Assembly (NCBI GenBank): GCA_014360685.1
Contig: JACIXB010000023.1
Location: 9,825-73,824 of the forward strand
Direction of reading: 5' to 3'
DNA length: 64,000 bases
Source: Actinomycetota bacterium
GTDB lineage: Bacteria > Actinomycetota > Geothermincolia > Geothermincolales > RBG-13-55-18
Part shown: in pieces, positions 19,686 through 27,584 of the stretch
How the letters are laid out: each line of letters begins with the position of its first letter
Numbering within the stretch: the first letter of the stretch is position 1
The notes under the pieces: model-generated
What the model was told of the DNA's origin: nothing
Databases searched by the model: none
Seen by the model: only the letters and a program-made list of their open reading frames with translations
Made by a program: the position numbers and the translations under genes

Positions 19686-20091
19686 CGCTCCTCCCCCCTC
19701 GACCGGCAAGGCAATCGACATCTTCCATCTCCGGGCCGCCGCGGCCGCCTCTCGCCGCGGTGACGGCGGTCCATGGTCAAAGGCCCGTTAACCCGTTTCT
19801 CCGGGTCCTGCCTTTGCGCGACATGGGCGGGCACCGCGTTCCCATCCGCAGCCAAGCGGTCACTTGCAGGCCGTCTTGCCGAAACCATGGTGGGGCCATT
19901 CAACCCCTCGCCTCACCCTTCGCCTGCCGTATCAAGGACCGCAAGCCGTCACCGTCCAGGCCCCGGGAAACCGTGAAACATGGGCATATCCTGATAAAAA
20001 CGGAACAAGAACCGACTTGATATCGAAATATCTTCTAAGAATCTTGCCTTTGTTCCATCTTTTTTAATGCACCTTTTCGGCTCTTTTCCGC

Positions 20092-20121
20092 TTGACAATC
20101 CCTTCCGCGTGTACCTATAAT
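20092..20121 (+). promoter_or_regulatory. Near-consensus sigma-70 promoter (TTGACA-18-TATAAT)
   Basis: ttgaca at 20092..20097 and tataat at 20116..20121, inside a locally AT-rich island upstream of the 20351 operon. Confidence 0.7.
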
Positions 20122-20132
20122 CCAATTATTAA

Positions 20133-20152
20133 ATGACTGACCAGTCGTTCAT
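20133..20152 (+). promoter_or_regulatory. Imperfect palindromic operator candidate (atgactgacc|agtcgttcat)
   Basis: 7 of 10 arm positions are self-complementary. It sits about +6 to +25 from the predicted start site and shares 13/20 positions, including the ACCAGT core, with the palindrome at 32003..32022. Confidence 0.45.
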
Positions 20153-20350
20153 GAAATTATATAATATATGGCGTAAGAGTATGCAATAACCACCCGCACA
20201 AGAAGCATGGGGGCGGCCGAAAAGGGGATCCACGGAGAAGAGAAGCTTTAGGTCACCGGTGGGGTGAGTCGAACTTTGGTCGTCCGTGGAAAACCCGGTC
20301 TGTATCGGGAGCCGGTAAAAGGCCTCGCGGATTCTTGAGGAGGGAGGGTC

Positions 20351-21751
20351 ATGGCGGTGGATACCGTTCCGGGGGAGATCGGGGATATAGTGGGCCCGGA
20401 AAACGTCAGTCGCGAACCATCCGCGGTCAAAAGGTATTTTCAGGAACCGGTGGGGGAGGTGCGGCTGACCCTGGTGCGGCCGGGCGACGAGTATGAACTG
20501 AGCGATTTGATGGCCGTAGCCGGCCGGGCCGGGATGCCCGTCTATTCCGTGCGAAGGGAGAAGATGGAGGGGCCTCCACCACGGGGGGAAGGCCTGCTCA
20601 TCGACCTCTCGCGCCTTGACGGGATAAAGGAGATAGACCGGCGCAATCTCATGGGGCATATATATGCGGGGGTGACCTACGAACGCCTGCAGGAGGAATG
20701 CCTGAAAAAGGACTGCAGGTTGCTGTTGCCTGCCGCTGCCGAGTCGCGTTCCGTGTTGCGTTCCTACCTGGACCGGGATATCCTCAACGGCAACGCGGTG
20801 TACCGTTTTCCCAACCTTTCCATATTTCACGCCGTGCTCTCCGACGGCCGCATCTGGGTATCGGGATCGCAGCAGTTGACGGCCGAGGGGATAGCCGATT
20901 TCCGGGAGGACCAGGGGCCCCAGTTCTCCCTCTTTTTCGGAGGGAGCGAGGACATCTTCGGCATACCCTTCTACGGGATCGTTTACCTTTATCCCCTACG
21001 GGAAGAACGCCGCGTGCTCCTTTTCGGCTTCGACGCCCTGGAGCCGGCCCTGGAGCTGGCTTACAAGGTGAACCGTGAGGAGCACTGCTTCGAGTGCGTT
21101 ACCGCCAATTCCCGCTACCTCTCCGTGCTCCTGTCCGAGGATGTCGACGGTGCCGAGGACCTGCGCTCCAGGTTACCGGCATGGGTTACCGCCCTCAGCC
21201 TGGAACATCACGTGGAGCTGGTGGACCTGTGGGAAAAGTACGTCAGGGCGGACGCGGAAGCCCTTGGGGCGCGGGAGCTGGACGGTGACCTGGCGGCGGC
21301 CATGGACGCGCAATTCAAGAAGCCCTGGTACCTGTTCGACCGGGATTACCTTCGGGGTCGCACCGCTTTCATCAGGCATTACGACTTCAAGAGGCGAGCC
21401 CCCGCGCTGCTTTCCGGGCTCCGGGAACTGGCCTCCGGCAAGGGATACCCGGCAGAGGAGATCGGCCAGGCCCTGGTCCCCGTGTACTTCGGCGGTTCCT
21501 TCTATTGCGAGACCGACCTCTACTTCCGCCCCTTGGACGAGGAGGATAAAGCCCGGGTGGAGGAGACAGTCCGCGAGGGCTACCGCTACCTGCTGGGCGA
21601 GTCGAGCTTCATAGACCGTCCCCGGGGAGAGGTGGCGGAAATGGTCTTTGCCGCGGCCGACCCAGGTTACCTCAAGGTCATGAGGATCTTCAAGAACATC
21701 GTGGACCCGGCGGGGATCATGAACCCCGGACAGCTCCTCAAGGGGGTGTGA
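20351..21751 (+). CDS. FAD-linked-oxidase-like protein with a degenerate FAD motif (GlcE-like partner subunit)
   Basis: PCMH-type fold pattern (GLLIDLSRLDGIKEIDRRNLMGHIYAGVTYERLQEE), but no GGG[TH]S loop. C-terminal IFKNIVDPAGIMNPGQL is typical of the family. Confidence 0.6.
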   Translation: MAVDTVPGEIGDIVGPENVSREPSAVKRYFQEPVGEVRLTLVRPGDEYELSDLMAVAGRAGMPVYSVRREKMEGPPPRGEGLLIDLSRLDGIKEIDRRNLMGHIYAGVTYERLQEECLKKDCRLLLPAAAESRSVLRSYLDRDILNGNAVYRFPNLSIFHAVLSDGRIWVSGSQQLTAEGIADFREDQGPQFSLFFGGSEDIFGIPFYGIVYLYPLREERRVLLFGFDALEPALELAYKVNREEHCFECVTANSRYLSVLLSEDVDGAEDLRSRLPAWVTALSLEHHVELVDLWEKYVRADAEALGARELDGDLAAAMDAQFKKPWYLFDRDYLRGRTAFIRHYDFKRRAPALLSGLRELASGKGYPAEEIGQALVPVYFGGSFYCETDLYFRPLDEEDKARVEETVREGYRYLLGESSFIDRPRGEVAEMVFAAADPGYLKVMRIFKNIVDPAGIMNPGQLLKGV

Positions 21752-21754
21752 GGG

Positions 21755-22975
21755 ATGAAAAAGCGCGTCACCGCTCCCCGGGAGGTCCTGCACGAGCTCC
21801 AGCAGGACTACTTCATCTGCACCAAATGCAAGATCTGCCAGGCGGTTCATGTCCAGTTCTGCACCGACTCGCGCTTCTGGCGCAACTGCCCGTCCGGGAC
21901 CCGCTTCCGCTGGGATGCCTACTACGCCTCGGGGAAGATGGAGATCGCCCGAGGGCTGCACATCCACGAGATCAAGCCCTCCGATTCCCTCCGCCACATC
22001 CTCTACACCTGCATGCTGTGCTCCTCCTGCCAGGAGCAGTGTTACGAGGTCAAGCAGCTTCACCCCACCCGGGTCTTCGAGCTCATGCGGGAGAAGGCGG
22101 TGCGCGAGGGCTGGGGTCCCATGCCGGAGCACGAGCCGCTACGCGAGAGCCTGGAGAAGAACGACAACCCCTTCGGGGTGGAGGCGAAGAAGAGGGGGGA
22201 ATGGGCCAAGGGCCTGGACCTGAAGCACCTTCCCGAGGAAAAAGCGGAGGTCCTCTTCTACGCCGGGGACGCCTATTCCTCCGACCCGGCCCTCTTCCCC
22301 GCCGTGCGCGCCGCGGCCCGCGTCCTGCAACTGGGAGGATTGGACCTCGGCATTCTGGGCGCCGAGGAGAAAAGCGACGGCGCGCTAATGCTCCTCCTCG
22401 GGGATCGCGATTTCTTCGAGACCTTCGCCTTCGACAACCTGGAGACCTTCAACTCCCTGGGGATGAAGACGATCGTCACCCCCGACGCCCACGCCGCATG
22501 GGTCTTCAAAGAGGAGTACTCCAGGGAGCTGGACCCGGAGGTCAAGGTGAGGCACATCAGCGAGGTCCTGGACCGCATGGTCCGCAAGGGAGACCTGAAG
22601 CCGCGCGAGGAGGTGTCCCTGAAGGCCGTCTACCACGATCCCTGCAAGCTGGGAAGGCGATTCGACATTTACGAGCCCCCGCGCCGCGTGCTCCGGGCCA
22701 TTCCGGGCCTGGAACTCCTGGAGTTCCCGAGGGCCGCTTTCAACTCCCTGTGCTGCGGGGGAGGCGGCGGGGTGCCCTACGCCTTCCCGGACTACGCCCT
22801 GTGGACGGCCAAGGAAAGGCTCTACGAGGCCGAATGGACGGGAGCGGAGGCCGTGGTGACCAGTTGCCCCTACTGCCTCCAGATGTTCCGCAAGGCGGTT
22901 GAGGCCACCGGCAGTTCACTGAAGATCTACGACCTGGCCCAACCGCTGCTCATGTCGTTGGGAGAGGAGGTGTAG
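21755..22975 (+). CDS. (Fe-S)-binding protein with two CCG domains (GlcF/HdrD-like)
   Basis: CTKCKICQAV and CMLCSSCQEQC cluster motifs, then HDPCKLGR and CCGGGGG (CCG domains). Confidence 0.8.
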   Translation: MKKRVTAPREVLHELQQDYFICTKCKICQAVHVQFCTDSRFWRNCPSGTRFRWDAYYASGKMEIARGLHIHEIKPSDSLRHILYTCMLCSSCQEQCYEVKQLHPTRVFELMREKAVREGWGPMPEHEPLRESLEKNDNPFGVEAKKRGEWAKGLDLKHLPEEKAEVLFYAGDAYSSDPALFPAVRAAARVLQLGGLDLGILGAEEKSDGALMLLLGDRDFFETFAFDNLETFNSLGMKTIVTPDAHAAWVFKEEYSRELDPEVKVRHISEVLDRMVRKGDLKPREEVSLKAVYHDPCKLGRRFDIYEPPRRVLRAIPGLELLEFPRAAFNSLCCGGGGGVPYAFPDYALWTAKERLYEAEWTGAEAVVTSCPYCLQMFRKAVEATGSSLKIYDLAQPLLMSLGEEV

Positions 22976-22979
22976 GGAG

Positions 22980-24623
22980 ATGTGGATACGGGATGTGGCC
23001 AAGGACATCAAGGAACGCCGCATATCCGGGATAATATTCCAGCACGAGGCCGAGCCGTTGCACAACCGTCCTCAGGACCTGGCCCGGGCCAAGGAGATGC
23101 TGGTCGAAGCGTTGGGCGAGGAGTGGGTCACCGACGACCCGGTGATCCTCATCGGTTACTCCCGCGACCAGGCGCCTTTACCCGCCCAGTACCCCCACCT
23201 GGTGGTCATGCCCGAGACCACTGAGGAGGTGGCGGAGGTCTACCGCATCGCCAACCAGTGCCGGGTGGACGTGATCCCCATGGGTACCGGCCTCACCACC
23301 ATGGCCCTGCACATACCCCTTTACGGAGGCATAATCATGGACCTCCGGCGCATGGATAAGATACTGGAAGTGGACGGGGAGAACATGTACATGGTCATCC
23401 AGCCGGGGGTCAACTACCTGGCCGCCCAGGTGGAGGCCCAAAAGGTGAAATGCCGGGTGCTCAACCCCTCCACGGCGGCCACCGCGGGGGTGATCTCCAA
23501 CCATGCCTTCTGCAACATCAACACCCTGGCCTCCAAGTACGGTTTCGGCATAGACAACATAATCGACATGACCATGGTCCTGCCCGACGGGACCATTTTG
23601 AAGACGGGGCCGGCCGCCTACGGGGCGGTTAAAGCCCACGTGCCGGGGCCGGGGCCGGACATGGCCTCCCTCTTCCGCTATGCTTTCGGCACCCTGGGAA
23701 CGGTCACGGAGATGACCCTGCGGCTGTACCCGGAGCCGGAGCACATTTACCAGATATTCCCTGCCTACGAGAAGGACGACCTCAAGTGCGTCATCGACGT
23801 CCTCTACAAGGTGGCCAACGAGAACCTGACCCTGGAGCTGGCCCACATGCAGAACTCCTTCTTCGGCATCTTCGTGGGGGCCACCAATGCCCAGGCCAGC
23901 GCCATCGCCGGGACCTTCCCCCGCAACAACCTGTTCACCATTTTCTCCGGTTCCACCCCGGAGGAGGCGCGGCTCAAGGCGGAGATCATCCAGCGCGAGA
24001 TCCTGAAGATCGACCCCGAATGGGAATTTTTGCCTCCGGAGGCGGTGGAGGACCTCACGTCCGATCTGCGCAGCGTGAACCTGGACCGCTGGCAGAAGTA
24101 CTTCAACGTCACCGTACGGGTGATGAGGGTGCGCGGTTCGTTCCTCATCGGGGCCCTCATCGGTCACCTGGATAACTTCCTGGAGGCGGAGCGCAGCATG
24201 CGCGTCGCCACCAGCGACCAGGCCGGCCACACCGAGGACAACCTGCCGCCGGACGACGCTTCCACCTATCTCCAGCCCTACCACATGGGGCGTTCCGCCT
24301 ACATGGAGTACGACGTCTATTCCAACCAGGGGGATAAGGACGACAACATGCGCATGTTCATGACCTACATGCGCGCCATGTTCACGGGCATTTTGGGGCA
24401 TGGGTTGGTCCTGGCCTGCGGGGCGATACCCTTGACCAAGGGAATGCCCGTGCCCTTACCGGAAGGCATGCCCCAGCTGGATGATCTCATGCCGCTGGTC
24501 ATGCCCAACAGCACGACCTTCACGGACACCTTCACCGCCTTCAAGATGGCCGTGGACCCCAACAACATATCCGCCCGAAGGTGGGATTACGAGACGGGCT
24601 TGTGCAAGAAACTGACCCTTTGA
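22980..24623 (+). CDS. FAD-linked oxidase family protein (GlcD-like, divergent)
   Basis: VVMPETTEEVAEVYRIANQCRVDVIPMGTGLTT..GIIMDLRRMDKILEVDGENMYMVIQPGVNY. 547 aa. Confidence 0.7.
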   Translation: MWIRDVAKDIKERRISGIIFQHEAEPLHNRPQDLARAKEMLVEALGEEWVTDDPVILIGYSRDQAPLPAQYPHLVVMPETTEEVAEVYRIANQCRVDVIPMGTGLTTMALHIPLYGGIIMDLRRMDKILEVDGENMYMVIQPGVNYLAAQVEAQKVKCRVLNPSTAATAGVISNHAFCNINTLASKYGFGIDNIIDMTMVLPDGTILKTGPAAYGAVKAHVPGPGPDMASLFRYAFGTLGTVTEMTLRLYPEPEHIYQIFPAYEKDDLKCVIDVLYKVANENLTLELAHMQNSFFGIFVGATNAQASAIAGTFPRNNLFTIFSGSTPEEARLKAEIIQREILKIDPEWEFLPPEAVEDLTSDLRSVNLDRWQKYFNVTVRVMRVRGSFLIGALIGHLDNFLEAERSMRVATSDQAGHTEDNLPPDDASTYLQPYHMGRSAYMEYDVYSNQGDKDDNMRMFMTYMRAMFTGILGHGLVLACGAIPLTKGMPVPLPEGMPQLDDLMPLVMPNSTTFTDTFTAFKMAVDPNNISARRWDYETGLCKKLTL

Positions 24624-24778
24624 CCGGCTTACGCGTGTAAGTGCCGGAGGTCGGCAAGGAGGGAGGTGATAGAGGAAGGAAGGCCGGTATGGAAAGGGAG
24701 GCGGCGCGGGCGGCGCGCGGACGGATCGCCCCGTCGCTTCTTCCGGCGAAGCGGAAAACGGCGATTCTGGGTTCGGGA

Positions 24779-24812
24779 GACCGCCCGCCGGAATCGGTCA
24801 CGGCGGGCGGTC
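24779..24812 (+). terminator. GC-rich perfect hairpin without a U-tract (possible I-shaped terminator)
   Basis: 12-bp perfect stem gaccgcccgccg / cggcgggcggtc with a 10-nt loop, in the 630-bp spacer after the GlcD-like gene. Confidence 0.3.
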
Positions 24813-25256
24813 CGGCCCGGGCCGGAGGGTTCGGAAACGCCCTCCCGCGTTATGGTTTGAGATCGCGGGCATAAGGTAACGGCGCTCTTGCCGTTGGACG
24901 GGGTTCGGATATGCGCTTCCGCGTGTATGGTTTGAAGTCCATGCCGGGTTTGGTTTTCGAGAAGGCCCGTCACATCGGCATTCGTGAAGCTGGTGGGCTT
25001 GAGAAGCCGGTCCCGATGATGGTTTCACCATCGTCTTTTCGGGACGAGGGATCAGGATACGGTGAAAGACCCCGTAGCGGATCCCTTCCCTCCGGGGGTT
25101 TCGGGTGGAACGCAAGGAGGCGTCTCCCGGGTCCTCCAAACGTTTTGGCGGGGCCGAATCCGGTATCCATCACCCGCGCGGGAGAGAAATGGGAGCGAAA
25201 GTGGATTCGGGATACGGTTCGGAAAAGAGCCGTGAAGGGACGGGAGGTCGGAGCCG

Positions 25257-26318
25257 TTGGCCGAGGTCATCGTGGTTGGCGCCGGGTTGGCAGGCCTGGT
25301 GGCGGCCATTAACTGCGCACGGTCCGGGCACCGGGTATGGGTCCTGGAGAAGGGGGAGTGGGTGGGGGGGGATCCGCGCATCAGGCCCACGGTGGATGTG
25401 ACTCCCATGGAGCCGGAGAAGCTGGGCCGCTTCATCGGCATCGACCTCGGCCCCCCTTTCGTGGTCCCCACGCGGGAATTCCTGGTGGACGTTTACGGGA
25501 AGAGATTCCTCTTCCCCGGCGAATATTTCAGCCTCCACTCCGTGGAGAGGGGGAGCCGCTCCACCTCCCTGGATTCATACCTCTACGAAAGGGCCCGGGA
25601 GGCCGGCGTGGAGTTCGAGTTCGGGGCGGAAGTCGGTTCCCGGGAGGAGTTCTCCCGCCTTCCGGCCGACACCATCGTGGCCACCGGGCTGGAGGCGGAA
25701 CCTTTCCTGGCCCTGGGGCGGCCCTACCTCGACGTCTTCGGATTCGTGGCCGCGGCTCCCCACCAGGGAGAGCCGCGTATCCTGGGGTACTTCGACCGCC
25801 ATACCAGATATTACCATTACTGCGCCAACCTCCACGGCACGGCATTCGCCCTGGCCTTCAATACCCGTCCCCTGCCGGGTTCCGCGTGCCGGGAATGGGC
25901 TGGTAGGCTCGAGGAGGAGGGTTTTCGGTTCCCTGAATGGCGGCCCCATAAGGGGGTGGTGGCCACCAGGGGGATCGCCGCCCCCACCCTGTTCGCCGGG
26001 AACAAGATACTGGCCGGCACCCTGGCCGGCATACAGGATCCGCTGTTCCTATTCGGGGTTCACGGTTCGCTTCTCTCGGGGAAGATAGCGGCCATGGCCA
26101 TCGAGGACAAGGAGCGCGCCTGGCGGCTTTTCCGCCGCTTCACCTCCCGTTATCCCTACATGTGGCTTTACAAGAGGATCTTCGACCTTCAGTCGCATTT
26201 TGCGCGCCGCCCGGGATTGAGGGCGGCCTTCGGGGCCCTGTCGAGGTTCCCGGACCTTTTTCGGCCTCTCCTGGGCGGAGCCCTGAAATCCGTCCCCGGT
26301 TTCGGGATGCTGGATTAG
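25257..26318 (+). CDS. GGR-like FAD-dependent oxidoreductase, paralogue P1
   Basis: VIVVGAGLAGLVAAINCARSGHRVWVLE..VGG, ERGSRSTSLDSYLYERAREAGVEFEF, and TLFAGNKILAGTLAGIQDPLFLFGVHGSLLSGKIAAMAIED. TTG start with gggagg upstream. Confidence 0.8.
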   Translation: MAEVIVVGAGLAGLVAAINCARSGHRVWVLEKGEWVGGDPRIRPTVDVTPMEPEKLGRFIGIDLGPPFVVPTREFLVDVYGKRFLFPGEYFSLHSVERGSRSTSLDSYLYERAREAGVEFEFGAEVGSREEFSRLPADTIVATGLEAEPFLALGRPYLDVFGFVAAAPHQGEPRILGYFDRHTRYYHYCANLHGTAFALAFNTRPLPGSACREWAGRLEEEGFRFPEWRPHKGVVATRGIAAPTLFAGNKILAGTLAGIQDPLFLFGVHGSLLSGKIAAMAIEDKERAWRLFRRFTSRYPYMWLYKRIFDLQSHFARRPGLRAAFGALSRFPDLFRPLLGGALKSVPGFGMLD

Positions 26319-26334
26319 GAAGGGAGATCTCGGG

Positions 26335-27459
26335 ATGGCGGCCAAGAGGGTGGTCATCGTCGGGGCCGGCTTGGCCGGCCTGTGCGCGGCCATAACCGCA
26401 CGCAAGCTGGGCTACGAGGTTCATTGCGTGGACCGTTTCCAGCGGGTAGGCGGAATGCCCGAAGCCCATCCCTTCGTGGATTCCACCCCCTTCGACCCGG
26501 TGCTCATGTCCCGTTTCCTCGGCGTACCGATAGGCGAGCCGCAGGTGGGCCCTTGCGAGAATTTCCACGTCTACGCCTTCGGAAAGCTGTACCGCCTCGA
26601 CCCTTCTTTCTCGCGCCTGCACAACGTGGAACGCGGGCCCAGGAGGTCGGCCATCGACCGCTATCTCCATGATTTGGCGCTGGACATGGGGGTGACCTTC
26701 GAGTGGGGAAACCCGGTACTCGGCCGCAAGGACCTGGCCCAGTTCCCGCCGAACACCATCGTGGCCACCGGGCCCTACCCGGAGGTCTTCGAGGCCCTGC
26801 GTATCCCGCACGAGACGGCTTACGGATACGTGATGAGCGGGGTCTACCGTCCCTGGGGGGAAAGGTCCTACGCAAGGCGGTGCGCCGTGTATTTCGACCG
26901 CTATACCCGCGACTATTGTTATCTCCCTGCCGCCAACGGCATCGTGGCCGGGCTGTTCTTCGCCCGCCGCCCGGTGGGCGAGCGGCAGCGTGCCTTGTGG
27001 GAAAGGCAGATCAGGGAAACCGAGGGCGTGGAGTTCAAGACCTGGAGGTTGGAAAGGGGCTTTTTCGCCTCTCGCTATCCATGCCAGCCCCGGCTTTTCG
27101 CCGGGGACAAGATACTGGCCGGCACCCTGGCCGGGGCCCAGGACCCGGGTACCTACTTCGGGTGCCACGGGGCAATGGTCTCGGGCAAGATAGCCGCCAT
27201 CGCGTTGGAGGACAAGGCCTTGGCTCAGGAGATGTTCGACCTCTGCAACCGGAGCTTCAACGCCATGTGGTTCCTGCGCCGGGTGGCCATCAACTACATG
27301 CCGGAATTCCTCCGCAAGTCCTTGCTCAGCACCGTCCTGGGATTCGTCGCCAAATGGGAGATCCTGGGCAGGATGCAGGGAAGGAGCCTGCAGCGGATGA
27401 TTCCCGGCTGCCTGCTCCTGTTGCATATGGATAAATATTCCAAGTATCTGAATATTTAA
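26335..27459 (+). CDS. GGR-like FAD-dependent oxidoreductase, paralogue P2
   Basis: VVIVGAGLAGLCAAITARKLGYEV, ERGPRRSAIDRYLHDLALDMGVTFEW, and RLFAGDKILAGTLAGAQDPGTYFGCHGAMVSGKIAAIALED. An unusual AT-rich segment encodes the C-terminal tail. Confidence 0.8.
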   Translation: MAAKRVVIVGAGLAGLCAAITARKLGYEVHCVDRFQRVGGMPEAHPFVDSTPFDPVLMSRFLGVPIGEPQVGPCENFHVYAFGKLYRLDPSFSRLHNVERGPRRSAIDRYLHDLALDMGVTFEWGNPVLGRKDLAQFPPNTIVATGPYPEVFEALRIPHETAYGYVMSGVYRPWGERSYARRCAVYFDRYTRDYCYLPAANGIVAGLFFARRPVGERQRALWERQIRETEGVEFKTWRLERGFFASRYPCQPRLFAGDKILAGTLAGAQDPGTYFGCHGAMVSGKIAAIALEDKALAQEMFDLCNRSFNAMWFLRRVAINYMPEFLRKSLLSTVLGFVAKWEILGRMQGRSLQRMIPGCLLLLHMDKYSKYLNI

Positions 27460-27584
27460 ATACCTGGTTTCCGGGGCACGAGGTCTTCGCGCCCGTCTCT
27501 CCGGGTGGACGCGAATGGCTCTCGTTCCGCCGGTGATAGGAATGAACATGCAAGTCTTGGTGTAGGCTTGAAGGGGGATGGAAG

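Noticed and set aside
27039-27049. Short matches to the MITE terminal repeat elsewhere (ttcaagacctg at 27039..27049; aggtcttgga at 34791..34800)
   Set aside because: These are matches of only 10-11 nt inside coding sequence or an RBS region, with no partner inverted repeat nearby. They are compatible with chance.
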